A stretch of DNA of 59,355 nt, taken from positions 1-59,355 of the IMG/VR virus record IMGVR_UViG_3300032247_001105; one strand, 5' to 3'. Each line of letters begins with the position of its first letter. Positions within the stretch are counted from its first letter, which is position 1. Position numbers and translations under genes: made by a program. Below, piece by piece: positions 43,217 through 52,734 of the stretch. Source of the stretch: a virus (Duplodnaviria; Caudoviricetes). The notes under the pieces are model-generated. The model searched no databases. It had not been told where the DNA came from and saw nothing but the letters and a program-made list of their open reading frames with translations.

Positions 43217-44010
43217 TTAATAAAATTAGTTTTTGTATAGCTACAAATGGTAAAAAGCAAGTTATTACACATATTTGTGTTACTAGTATAGTTAATACTT
43301 GCAAGAAAGCAAATATTAATTTTGAAATCATAATTTCTGGCGATTGTAATTCTCTTAATTATTTAGCCAAACATAATTCATTTATCAAATGTATTGATCA
43401 TGCTCAAGATGCACAAACAGGACAACTCGCTAAATTAAGAAATCTTGCTGCTGAACATACAGACGGTGATATTTTAGTATTTTTAGATGATGACATAATT
43501 TTTAATGGTGATTGGGCTTCAAATTTTATTGATTACTCTCAAAATTTCTCTTGGGATATATTAGGTAATAGAATTTTAATGCCAAATAATGATAGATATT
43601 GGGATAGAGCAGTAATGAGGAAAAATGGTTTACATCATATGGTAAATTATGATTATCCAGATACTGATCCAGAACTATATCAAACAGGATGTTTTTGGAT
43701 AGTCTCAAGACAATTATTTAATCAATATAAATGGGATAGTAATATTGGCTATTATGCTTCACATCATGGTGGCATTAATGAAGATATAGAATATTCTCAA
43801 AGATTAGCTTCTAATGGATATAAATTTATGTTTAATAAAAATGGATTAGTTTGGCATTGGGATGAATCATATAGAGAATTTAAATTTGTAGATAATATCA
43901 GTGTTTGTGAAAAAATTGAGAGTGGACCTACAATGATATATCAAGTGGAGTTCTTATCACTTCTTACTGAATTAGGCGTGTCTTTTACAACAGTAAAAAA
44001 TGAATCTTGA
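43213..44010 (+). CDS. GT2 glycosyltransferase
   Basis: LRNLAA...GDILVFLDDD and NEDIEYS. Confidence 0.85.
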   Translation: MINKISFCIATNGKKQVITHICVTSIVNTCKKANINFEIIISGDCNSLNYLAKHNSFIKCIDHAQDAQTGQLAKLRNLAAEHTDGDILVFLDDDIIFNGDWASNFIDYSQNFSWDILGNRILMPNNDRYWDRAVMRKNGLHHMVNYDYPDTDPELYQTGCFWIVSRQLFNQYKWDSNIGYYASHHGGINEDIEYSQRLASNGYKFMFNKNGLVWHWDESYREFKFVDNISVCEKIESGPTMIYQVEFLSLLTELGVSFTTVKNES

Positions 44011-44035
44011 CCAACCCTGATGTTTGCTATATAAT
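44007..44035 (+). promoter_or_regulatory. sigma70-type promoter
   Basis: TTGACC-N17-TATAAT. Confidence 0.6.
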
Positions 44036-44048
44036 AAATAAGAAAACA

Positions 44049-44192
44049 ATGTTAAAAATCTTCTTTATTATTGCTATCGTTTTTGGATTTTTTAATGGTC
44101 TATACGAAATATATAGAGTTAAAAATAATCCATCTCTAGGCATTACGCCTTCTAAGAATTTATTCACATTTCTTTTTGTTGATCGTTACTGA
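44049..44192 (+). CDS. small membrane protein
   Basis: ATG 44049 downstream of a promoter; hydrophobic N-terminus. Confidence 0.5.
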   Translation: MLKIFFIIAIVFGFFNGLYEIYRVKNNPSLGITPSKNLFTFLFVDRY

Positions 44193-44194
44193 TT

Positions 44195-44725
44195 ATGAAT
44201 AGATTAAAAAATCAAAGAGTTTATTTGGCTGGTGCTATGGATAGGGTAGCAGATAGAGGTGCTACTTGGAGAGATAATATTACTCCATTCTTAGAAAGTT
44301 TAGGAGTAGTGGTTTTTAATCCCATCAGCAAACCTTCTGAAACAGGATTAGAAGATCAAGATGCTCATTCTATAAAAAAGAAACTTAAAGAAAAATGTCA
44401 ATATGATGAACTATCTTTAATGATGAAAAATATTAGAGCTGTTGATCTTAGATTAGTAGATATTAGTGATTTTGTAATAGTTAATCTTGATTTAAATGTT
44501 CATCCATGCGGAACACTAGAAGAAATTTTTTGGGCTAATCGTCAAAAGAAACCTATATTAATTCATATGGTTCAAGGCAAACAACAAACACCAGACTGGT
44601 TATTTGGCACAATTCCTCATCAAATGATTTTTTCTAATTGGGAAGAAATTAAAGCATATTTATCATATATTAATTTGTCAGAAAATATAGATAATCATAA
44701 AAGATGGTATTTTTTTCATATATGA
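44195..44725 (+). CDS. nucleoside 2-deoxyribosyltransferase-like protein
   Basis: VYLAGAM, WR, FNP, DLRLVDISD and GTLEE. Confidence 0.75.
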   Translation: MNRLKNQRVYLAGAMDRVADRGATWRDNITPFLESLGVVVFNPISKPSETGLEDQDAHSIKKKLKEKCQYDELSLMMKNIRAVDLRLVDISDFVIVNLDLNVHPCGTLEEIFWANRQKKPILIHMVQGKQQTPDWLFGTIPHQMIFSNWEEIKAYLSYINLSENIDNHKRWYFFHI

Positions 44726-45528
44726 AATTCCCAATTAAAGACGAATTTATCGATGCTTATAAACAAAAAATAAATGAGGGCAATTCATTTATTAAAGATA
44801 AAAATATATGTATTACAGGATTGGCTAGAAATATAGAACCAGTACTACATAATAGTTTAGATCATTTATCTGAAATTTGTTCATTATTTAATAATTGTAA
44901 TGTTGTAATTTTTGAAAATGATTCTGCTGATAATACAAAAAACATATTACAATCTTGGCAACGACCAAATTATTATTTAATATCAGAAACTTTAAATGCC
45001 ACTCATCCAATAGGTATTTCTAAATCTAAATTAAGAACTCAAGCATTAGCCAATTATAGAAATGTTTGTAAAAATTATATAATTAATAATATTACAACAA
45101 AATTAGACTATATAATAGTTATTGATTTGGATTTTAGAGGTGTAGATATTAATGGCGTTTTAAATAGTTTTGGTTGGTTATCATCATCAAATATTGATGC
45201 TATGGTAGGAATAGCATATATACTATTAAAAGATGAATTCAATAAAGTAACAATATTGAATTATGATTCTTGGGCATTTAGACATACTTGGTGGAATGAT
45301 TATCAAGAACAAATGCCATGGTTTTCAAAATGGTGTCCATTTATAGGATCACAACCAATTAAGGTTAATAGTGCTTTTGGAGGAATAGGCATTTATAGTG
45401 CAGATAAATATTTATCCTGTGACTATGAAGGGTACGATTGCGAACACGTTTGTTTGCATAAAAATTTATATAATAAATATCCAAATTTTAATTTATCACT
45501 TAATCCATCCCAACTCTTTATCATTTAA
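44722..45528 (+). CDS. GT-A glycosyltransferase (CAP59/GT2-like)
   Basis: GLARN, FENDSADNT, VIDLD, YDSWAFR, VNSAFGG and CEHV. Confidence 0.75.
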   Translation: MKFPIKDEFIDAYKQKINEGNSFIKDKNICITGLARNIEPVLHNSLDHLSEICSLFNNCNVVIFENDSADNTKNILQSWQRPNYYLISETLNATHPIGISKSKLRTQALANYRNVCKNYIINNITTKLDYIIVIDLDFRGVDINGVLNSFGWLSSSNIDAMVGIAYILLKDEFNKVTILNYDSWAFRHTWWNDYQEQMPWFSKWCPFIGSQPIKVNSAFGGIGIYSADKYLSCDYEGYDCEHVCLHKNLYNKYPNFNLSLNPSQLFII

Positions 45529-45530
45529 TC

Positions 45531-46676
45531 ATGCAAAAAATTATTAATGAAATTAAACTAGATTTTGACGATGTGCTTATAAGACCAAAAAGATCAACTC
45601 TTAAAAGTAGATCAGAGGTTTGTATATCTAGAATTTTTAATTTTAAATATTCTCCTAGAGAATTGATATCGGTACCAATAATGGTTGCTAATATGGATAC
45701 TGTTGGTACTTTAGAAATGGGCAAGATATTAGCAAAAAATCAAGCGATCACCTGTCTACATAAACATTATAGTCCTGCTCATTATGTCAGTTTATATACT
45801 GATCCGAATATAGTTAATAAAAATTTAATATTTTATTCTGTTGGTACTGGTCATAAAGATATTGAAAAAATGACAGAAGTTTTTAATCAGATAAGACAAG
45901 TTAATGGACAATTACCCAATATTTGTGTTGATGTTGCTAACGGATATACTGAGCAATTTGTTAAAACAGTTAGTCATATTCGTAAACTTTACGAAGAAGT
46001 AATTATAATGGCAGGAAATGTTGTTACTCCTGAAATGACAGAAGAATTGATTATTCATGGTAAAGTCGATATAGTCAAGGTTGGTATAGGTTCGGGCAGT
46101 GTTTGTACCACTCGTTTAAAAACTGGCGTAGGATACCCACAATTGAGTGCTGTGATGGAATGTGCTGATGCTGCTCATGGTCTTGGTGGTCATATTTGTT
46201 CTGATGGTGGCTGTAAAGTAGTTGGTGATGTTTGTAAAGCATTTGGTGCTAATGCTGATTTTGTAATGTTAGGTAGTATGTTTGCTGGATGTGATGAGTG
46301 TGAAGGAGAATGGGAATATGAATATAAATGCGTCATTAAACAGTCCAATGAGATTGATAAATATAAGCAAATTAATTGGTGGCAACCTAATGATCCAGGA
46401 ACCTCTACTGAAAAACGCAAAATTGCACTTAAATATTATGGTATGAGTAGCAAAGACGCTATGGATAAACATCATAATGGAGTAGCAAAATATAGAACAG
46501 CAGAAGGAAAATCTGTTATTGTTCCATATAAAGGTCCAGCAGAAGATACTTTACTAGATATTTATGGTGGTATACGTAGTTCATGCACTTATATTGGTGC
46601 TAATAAAATTAAAGATTTTGGTAAAAAAACAACATTTATTCAAGTCAATAATACTCATAATAGGAAATATGAATGA
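45531..46676 (+). CDS. guaC: GMP reductase
   Basis: LDFDDVLIRPKRSTLKSR, ANMDTVGT, DVANGY, KVGIGSGSVCTTR, YGMSS and RSSCTYIGA. Confidence 0.93.
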   Translation: MQKIINEIKLDFDDVLIRPKRSTLKSRSEVCISRIFNFKYSPRELISVPIMVANMDTVGTLEMGKILAKNQAITCLHKHYSPAHYVSLYTDPNIVNKNLIFYSVGTGHKDIEKMTEVFNQIRQVNGQLPNICVDVANGYTEQFVKTVSHIRKLYEEVIIMAGNVVTPEMTEELIIHGKVDIVKVGIGSGSVCTTRLKTGVGYPQLSAVMECADAAHGLGGHICSDGGCKVVGDVCKAFGANADFVMLGSMFAGCDECEGEWEYEYKCVIKQSNEIDKYKQINWWQPNDPGTSTEKRKIALKYYGMSSKDAMDKHHNGVAKYRTAEGKSVIVPYKGPAEDTLLDIYGGIRSSCTYIGANKIKDFGKKTTFIQVNNTHNRKYE

Positions 46677-47788
46677 AAAATCTTAATTTAAATTGTCCAA
46701 TAGGTGGTACTGGCTATGGTATTACCTCATTAAATATTTTTAAATCATTAACTAATTTAGGATTAAATGTTTCTCTATTTCCTATTGGAAATAATATGGA
46801 ACTAAATTATGAAGAAGAGAAGGTCATAGTTGAAAATGCTTTAAAAAATGCCGTATTTTTTGACAATGATGCACCATGTTTAAAGATTTGGCATCAAAAT
46901 GATCTTGCTAATAGAATTGGGAATGGGCATTTTTATGCGTTCCCATTTTTTGAAGTTGATAAATTAAATGAAAGAGAAAAACATCATTTAAATTATTGTG
47001 ATTATATATTTGTTGCTTCAGAATGGGGCAAAAAGGTATTATTAAATAATGATATAAATAAAAAGATTTATGTTGCACCTTTAGCAGTGGATCTTAATAT
47101 TTTTAATATTCCTCCTAGAATTAAAATGCAAAATCCCAATTATGTATTTTTTCATATTGGTAAATGGGAATATAGAAAATCACACGATATTTTAATTAAA
47201 GCATTTGATGCTGCATTTGATCGCTCTGATAATGTTGAGTTAAGATTATTGCCTCACAATCCATTTTTGAACGAAAATGAAGTTAAAGAATGGATGAGTT
47301 TAGTCAATAATGCTAAATTAGCTAATAAAATTAAAGTTTTTAATAGATTACCAACTCAATATCATTTAGCCGAATTTATTTTTCAGGGTGATTGTGGAGT
47401 ATTTATCTCTAGAGCAGAAGGTTGGAATAACGAGATCTTAGAATGTATGGCTATGAATAAACCCATAATCGCTACGGACTATTCTGCTCATACAGAATAT
47501 TGTACTGAAAAGAATTCATATCTGGTGAAAATTGATGAACTTGAGATTGCTAACGATAAACGATGGTTCTTTGGAGAGGGTTCATGGGCTAAATTAGGTC
47601 AAAATCAATTTGATCAAACAGTAAATTATATGAGATATGTGTATAATAATCATATCTCGTCTAATCCAAATGGAGTAGAAAGTGCTAAAAGATTTACTTG
47701 GCACAATACGGGTTCAATTATTGCAGAAACATTATTAAGGAATAACAGTTATCATGCCAATACCAAAAAGAAAACCAAACGAAGATAA
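46673..47788 (+). CDS. GT4 glycosyltransferase
   Basis: TGYG, HIGKWEYRK and SRAEGWNNEILECMAM. Confidence 0.85.
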   Translation: MKNLNLNCPIGGTGYGITSLNIFKSLTNLGLNVSLFPIGNNMELNYEEEKVIVENALKNAVFFDNDAPCLKIWHQNDLANRIGNGHFYAFPFFEVDKLNEREKHHLNYCDYIFVASEWGKKVLLNNDINKKIYVAPLAVDLNIFNIPPRIKMQNPNYVFFHIGKWEYRKSHDILIKAFDAAFDRSDNVELRLLPHNPFLNENEVKEWMSLVNNAKLANKIKVFNRLPTQYHLAEFIFQGDCGVFISRAEGWNNEILECMAMNKPIIATDYSAHTEYCTEKNSYLVKIDELEIANDKRWFFGEGSWAKLGQNQFDQTVNYMRYVYNNHISSNPNGVESAKRFTWHNTGSIIAETLLRNNSYHANTKKKTKRR

Positions 47789-48290
47789 GCAAAAATATGT
47801 TTCTCGTTGCATGGGTAATCCCACAATGAAGAAAGATTATACAGATGTTAAGCAAAGAGTTGCGATCTGTCTATCAGAATCTAGACATAGTAAATCAAAT
47901 CTTCTTGAAGAAGTACAAGAAAATTTACTAGCATCTAATTGTAGTTGGGATGATGATTGGGATGAGTTTGTATGGGAAATTGAAGCTAATGAAATTTATG
48001 ATGAAGACAGCCATATCATTGCAGAAGAAAAGAAAGGCAAAGTTTCTCTTAATAAACCATTTAGAACTCCAAAAGGACCAAAAAAATTTAGTGTTTATGT
48101 AAAAAATGATAAGGGTAATGTTGTTAAGGTTAATTTTGGTGACCCAAATATGGAAATTAAAAGAGATGATCCAGAACGTCGCAAATCTTATAGAGCACGA
48201 CATCATTGCGATAATCCTGGCCCTAAATGGAAAGCAAATTACTGGTCTTGCAAAATGTGGTCAACTACAAATGTTTCAGATTTAACATAG
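47754..48290 (+). CDS. conserved large-phage hypothetical protein
   Basis: LNKPFRTP.GPKKFSVYVKN...VKVNFGDP...RRKSYRARH.C...YWSCKMW, recalled from large T4-like phages. Confidence 0.8.
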   Translation: MPIPKRKPNEDKQKYVSRCMGNPTMKKDYTDVKQRVAICLSESRHSKSNLLEEVQENLLASNCSWDDDWDEFVWEIEANEIYDEDSHIIAEEKKGKVSLNKPFRTPKGPKKFSVYVKNDKGNVVKVNFGDPNMEIKRDDPERRKSYRARHHCDNPGPKWKANYWSCKMWSTTNVSDLT

Positions 48291-48300
48291 GAGATTAATT

Positions 48301-48840
48301 ATGGCTGATAAGCAAACTATTAAACAGTTATTAGTAGAGCAAGATATTAAGAGCAAAGCTCAACAAATACAAGGCTATACTTCACAAACAGTGATTGATC
48401 TTTTAAAGAAATCTTTGAATATACATTGGCAGCAGACCACAGTGCTAACTGCCCAAGCCGAACATCTTCAAAGATGGGGTTATAAAAAATTAGCAGCAAT
48501 TATTAAGGAAGATTCTATCCAAGAACAGAAACACGCTGCAATTAATATTAAAAGATTAGAATTTTTTGATGCTGACTACCAACCATTAATAGTAAGTCCT
48601 CCTGTCTGGAAAAGACATGATATGGTTGCTATGATTCAGTATAATCTTGATAGTGTTCGTCAAGCATCTGCTACTGAAAGAGCCACGATTGTTGCTGCCA
48701 GAGCGGTTGGAGATGAAATTACTGCAAATATGCTTATTGAATTATTACAAGGTAGTGAAGATGGTATTGAACTTTATGAAGGATTTTTAAAGTTAATTGA
48801 AGAAATGGGAATAGATAACTTCTTAACCCTACAGGTCTGA
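48301..48840 (+). CDS. bacterioferritin-like protein (degenerate ferroxidase centre)
   Basis: WGYKKLA...EDSIQEQKHA...RL and GDEITANML, aligning to Bfr helices. Confidence 0.75.
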   Translation: MADKQTIKQLLVEQDIKSKAQQIQGYTSQTVIDLLKKSLNIHWQQTTVLTAQAEHLQRWGYKKLAAIIKEDSIQEQKHAAINIKRLEFFDADYQPLIVSPPVWKRHDMVAMIQYNLDSVRQASATERATIVAARAVGDEITANMLIELLQGSEDGIELYEGFLKLIEEMGIDNFLTLQV

Positions 48841-48842
48841 AA

Positions 48843-49274
48843 ATGTTTAAATCAAGATCAGAACAACTATTAGATTCTGTACAAATTAATATTCAATGTC
48901 CACAAGCGACACAAGATATTAGTCTAAATCTAGCTAATAGAAAAATTTGTGTTAATAAAGCAAATTATGGTCCTGCTAATCCAGAAGTAGATAATCCAGA
49001 ATTTTGGCAACAAAAAGCAGATTTGTTTAAAGCATCTGTAGAAGAAGCAAAAACTATGAGGTGTGGAAATTGTGCTGCTTTTGTGATTAAAAATAAAATG
49101 AGAGAATGTATAGAAAAAGGTATTGCCTCAATGTCTATAGATGAGAATGATTTAGCAAAAGATATTGTTAATGAATCTGATCTTGGATATTGTGAATTAT
49201 TTGATTTCAAATGTGCTGGTAGTCGAACTTGTGATGCTTGGATTACTGGTGGTCCTTTAACTGATGAGGTATAA
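48843..49274 (+). CDS. conserved Cys-rich phage protein
   Basis: CP.ATQD, RCGNCAAF and GYCELFDFKCA..RTCDAW. Confidence 0.75.
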   Translation: MFKSRSEQLLDSVQINIQCPQATQDISLNLANRKICVNKANYGPANPEVDNPEFWQQKADLFKASVEEAKTMRCGNCAAFVIKNKMRECIEKGIASMSIDENDLAKDIVNESDLGYCELFDFKCAGSRTCDAWITGGPLTDEV

Positions 49275-49276
49275 AA

Positions 49277-50572
49277 ATGGATAGAATTAATGATTTACTA
49301 TCTGAAGTTGCTAAAGCCGCTGGCGAAAAATATGGTGGTACCAAAAGAAGTGATCTTAAAGATAGTGACTTTCTTTTTCCAGCCACTCGTTCTTTTCCAA
49401 TTGTAACTCCACAAGATGTTCCAGATGCGATCAGTAATTTTGGTCGTATGAAAGGTAAAATGAGTTATCCAGCATTTTTAAGAAAATTATATAATATGGC
49501 TAAAAGAAAAGGACCAGAGTTCGTCTCTGCTTTACCAGAAGCCAGTAAAAAGCAACTAGGTCTTAAAGAAAAAACAAGTAAAGGTTATGTTGGTAATCTT
49601 GATGATGATCTATTAACACCAACTGAAACAAATTATTTTGAATTAGATAGAGTAAATTTAGCTAGTTTAAAAACTGGTGATATGGTTAAAAATGTTAATG
49701 AATCTTGTAAGCATTATGGTAGTGAAGGATATGTTGATGATGTTAGTGAATTACCAGATTTTATGGGACAAGTAGTGAGATACACTGCTAGTAATTCTGG
49801 TCCCACATGGAGCAAAGGAGATAAATTAGTTAAAACTCCTAATCAACTTGTAATGATGCGTAGACCCAAAGTCGAAGGTGATGGTACACAAGTTAATGAA
49901 ATGGGTGGATATCAAGGGAATGAAGGGCCAGTAGTTGATCCTACTTTATTAATGAGTCAAGGTCCAGATTTTCAAAATCAAACTCAAGAAAATGAAACAG
50001 AGCCATTAACCGAAATGGATGAATATAAGGATGAATATTTTGAGATGTCAGTAGCATCAATTAAAGCAATCGCTGCACATGCTCATGGTATACTATCAGC
50101 ATTAGAAGATAATGAGAAAAAAGATACTGTGTCATCAAATTTGACAGAATCATGGTTGCAGGGTAAAATCGCTGTGACAGAAGAAAACATGAGAACCATT
50201 CATGATTTCGTCATGTTCAGTGAACCAGAAACCGATACAGAGAACAGTGAGGCAACTGTAAATCCAGTTGATCCAAAAAAAAAACAACATAAATTAAGTA
50301 TTAAGGAATTACCAACTTCCAGATTTTATTATCGTAAAGATCCTATGCCAGATATTGAGGATCCACAAAATAAAGATATGGAAGATGATAATGCTCCTTA
50401 TTTAGATGATTTTTCGGGTGTTTGGGCAAAAAATAAACCAGGACTATGGGATAATATAAGAAAGAAAAGGGAACGCGAAGGTAAAAAATATAGACCAGCA
50501 AAGCCCGGTGAAAAGGGTCGGCCTTCGCCAGAACAATGGAACAAATTAACAAAGAAAAAAGACAATTCATAA
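49277..50572 (+). CDS. multidomain phage hypothetical protein
   Basis: 431-aa ORF with KRSDLKDSDF, WLQGKI and GLWDNIRKKRER modules. Confidence 0.75.
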   Translation: MDRINDLLSEVAKAAGEKYGGTKRSDLKDSDFLFPATRSFPIVTPQDVPDAISNFGRMKGKMSYPAFLRKLYNMAKRKGPEFVSALPEASKKQLGLKEKTSKGYVGNLDDDLLTPTETNYFELDRVNLASLKTGDMVKNVNESCKHYGSEGYVDDVSELPDFMGQVVRYTASNSGPTWSKGDKLVKTPNQLVMMRRPKVEGDGTQVNEMGGYQGNEGPVVDPTLLMSQGPDFQNQTQENETEPLTEMDEYKDEYFEMSVASIKAIAAHAHGILSALEDNEKKDTVSSNLTESWLQGKIAVTEENMRTIHDFVMFSEPETDTENSEATVNPVDPKKKQHKLSIKELPTSRFYYRKDPMPDIEDPQNKDMEDDNAPYLDDFSGVWAKNKPGLWDNIRKKREREGKKYRPAKPGEKGRPSPEQWNKLTKKKDNS

Positions 50573-50886
50573 CATTTCTATCATGGCTAGAACAAAGGCT
50601 TATTTATAAGCATGGCTATGATAAGAATGATAATATAATTGTTTCAATATCCAAGTTAATTTATTTCTTACAACCAACACCTTATTTAGTAGATATTTCA
50701 CAATCTGATCTAGATAAGATTATATCAAAATACTATGCCGATTTTACTCTTGATGGTTCTGATGATATAAATTTTGGATATACAGAATCTCAAAGAGAAA
50801 GATTAAGGGATGATATCAGAAATCTTGTTAGCGATGTAGTTAATAGGAATATACCAAAGGAATTTCTAATAAAGGATCATAATTAA
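50536..50886 (+). CDS. hypothetical protein
   Basis: ORF track. Confidence 0.65.
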   Translation: MEQINKEKRQFITFLSWLEQRLIYKHGYDKNDNIIVSISKLIYFLQPTPYLVDISQSDLDKIISKYYADFTLDGSDDINFGYTESQRERLRDDIRNLVSDVVNRNIPKEFLIKDHN

Positions 50887-51540
50887 ATGCTATTACAGTT
50901 AAATGGTATTGGTAATCAAAAAATATCTTATAAAGACCATAATGATATTAAATTTGATAGTTTACAAACTTATGTATTATTAGCAAAAAAGGCCATATCA
51001 AAATTTGCTAATCAAATTTATAATGGACTATCATCTAAAATGCTCAAGGACGAGGACGCTATTGCATCAGTTGCAAATGCTATAATGATGGCAGATTGGC
51101 GATGGGATGAAAATTATCAAAATGAAAAAGGTACTAAAAAGACCAGATATTCATATAGAAATCAGTGTGCATTATGGGCGATTCAAACACATGTTTCCAA
51201 ACGGTCTAAAAAATCTAAAAAATATAATAATGTATATTCGTTAGACTATATATCAGAATCAGATGATTCACTATCCGCACATAATTATACAGAAGATAAT
51301 AAGATGTTGAGTCCCGAACAAATAGCTATTAATAATGAAGAAAATGAAACTTTAAAAAATCTTATTAATGCTATGTTAGACTCAGGTTGTTTAACAGATA
51401 GACAAAAAGACTATATCAAATTATATTATTTTGAAGATTATACATTTGATAAAATTGGTAAAAAATATGGTATCACAAGAGAAGCGGTCAGACAAGGTTT
51501 AAATAAAGCTTTAGATATTATCAGGAGCAATAATGTATAA
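50887..51540 (+). CDS. RNA polymerase sigma-70 family factor
   Basis: Region 4 LTDRQKDYIKLYYFEDYTFDKIGKKYGITREAVRQ; region-2-like AIMMADWRWD...YSY...WAI; SLD linker. Confidence 0.85.
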   Translation: MLLQLNGIGNQKISYKDHNDIKFDSLQTYVLLAKKAISKFANQIYNGLSSKMLKDEDAIASVANAIMMADWRWDENYQNEKGTKKTRYSYRNQCALWAIQTHVSKRSKKSKKYNNVYSLDYISESDDSLSAHNYTEDNKMLSPEQIAINNEENETLKNLINAMLDSGCLTDRQKDYIKLYYFEDYTFDKIGKKYGITREAVRQGLNKALDIIRSNNV

Positions 51541-51913
51541 TATTAATTTATATGGTGTGATATTGAGTGTGGATAATAAAAATCAAACTCATGTACTATC
51601 AATAGATAAGTCTGAGATAGTATTTCCAAAACTTGATACTGACAAAGTTAATTTATCCGATCCTCAACCATCATTTTTTACTATGTTAAAAGAGTATTTT
51701 CCTGATGGTAATGAATTAGAGTTTGGTTCTCAACTGATCAAATTACATTGTTCACTTATTAATCCACAAGATAATACATCTATAAATACTATTTATGGTT
51801 TTGTTGTTGATCATTATAAAAATACTAATAATTGTTATTGGATTCCATTTAGCTATGTTAATATAATTAATTATTCTAGTATTATTTTTGAAGTTATACA
51901 AAAATTGAAATAA
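51533..51913 (+). CDS. hypothetical protein
   Basis: ORF track. Confidence 0.65.
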   Translation: MYNINLYGVILSVDNKNQTHVLSIDKSEIVFPKLDTDKVNLSDPQPSFFTMLKEYFPDGNELEFGSQLIKLHCSLINPQDNTSINTIYGFVVDHYKNTNNCYWIPFSYVNIINYSSIIFEVIQKLK

Positions 51914-52305
51914 TGATAAATTCTCTTATTAAATTTTTTACTAAAGTAAAAAAAGAACCAATTCCAGAACAACCACCGTTTGTGGAAACTGATAATATTC
52001 TAGCATTTATTATAGATAAAAAGGGTGATACTTTTGTTAAAATTATTATTAATGATACTAATGAAATTGCTAGTTTAAAATTTGGTAATATGATTAATAA
52101 TATTAATTATGGTCTATTTCAAAATAGCATATTGGATGTTTTAATCAAAGAATCAGATAATTCTGAGGATTATAAACAATTTAAAGAGAATGTTATTGTA
52201 TATTGGAATATAGCAGATACCGACTATAATAAGGAGGCATCTGAAGTTATTGAAGAACCATACATATCACCATTAGCATTTTCTAAAGTTATAAATCCTA
52301 AATGA
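51913..52305 (+). CDS. hypothetical protein
   Basis: ORF track; coupled. Confidence 0.65.
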   Translation: MINSLIKFFTKVKKEPIPEQPPFVETDNILAFIIDKKGDTFVKIIINDTNEIASLKFGNMINNINYGLFQNSILDVLIKESDNSEDYKQFKENVIVYWNIADTDYNKEASEVIEEPYISPLAFSKVINPK

Positions 52306-52733
52306 ATAATTTTAAACCATTAATAATTTGGGAGAAATGGGTTGATCCATTTGGTCAAGATGGTGAAGAAACCAAGTGGACTGATTATGATAATGAAAAT
52401 GAAGATATTGATGATGAAGACTATGACGATACTTTAGAATCAGAATCGCCACGACCTATTATAAATAGATCGATTAAAGTTATTCAATCACCTATGGGTT
52501 TGATACCTTATAATGAATATACTGCTCCTAGCAAATTATTTAATTTTTGGATAGGACATACAAATTTTGATATTACTCCCACTATAATTGAAATCTTAGA
52601 AAAGGCTAATGGTATAGAAATTTTAGATATTTTTAGCAGATATAGATTTAGAATTGCTATAGGAAAATGTTTTAATGATGCTGATGTGATGACAGATATT
52701 AATGATCAACTTTATAACTTTTTAGATATATAA
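52302..52733 (+). CDS. hypothetical protein
   Basis: ORF track (WEKWVDPF...FNFWIGHTNFDI). Confidence 0.75.
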   Translation: MNNFKPLIIWEKWVDPFGQDGEETKWTDYDNENEDIDDEDYDDTLESESPRPIINRSIKVIQSPMGLIPYNEYTAPSKLFNFWIGHTNFDITPTIIEILEKANGIEILDIFSRYRFRIAIGKCFNDADVMTDINDQLYNFLDI

Positions 52734-52734
52734 T

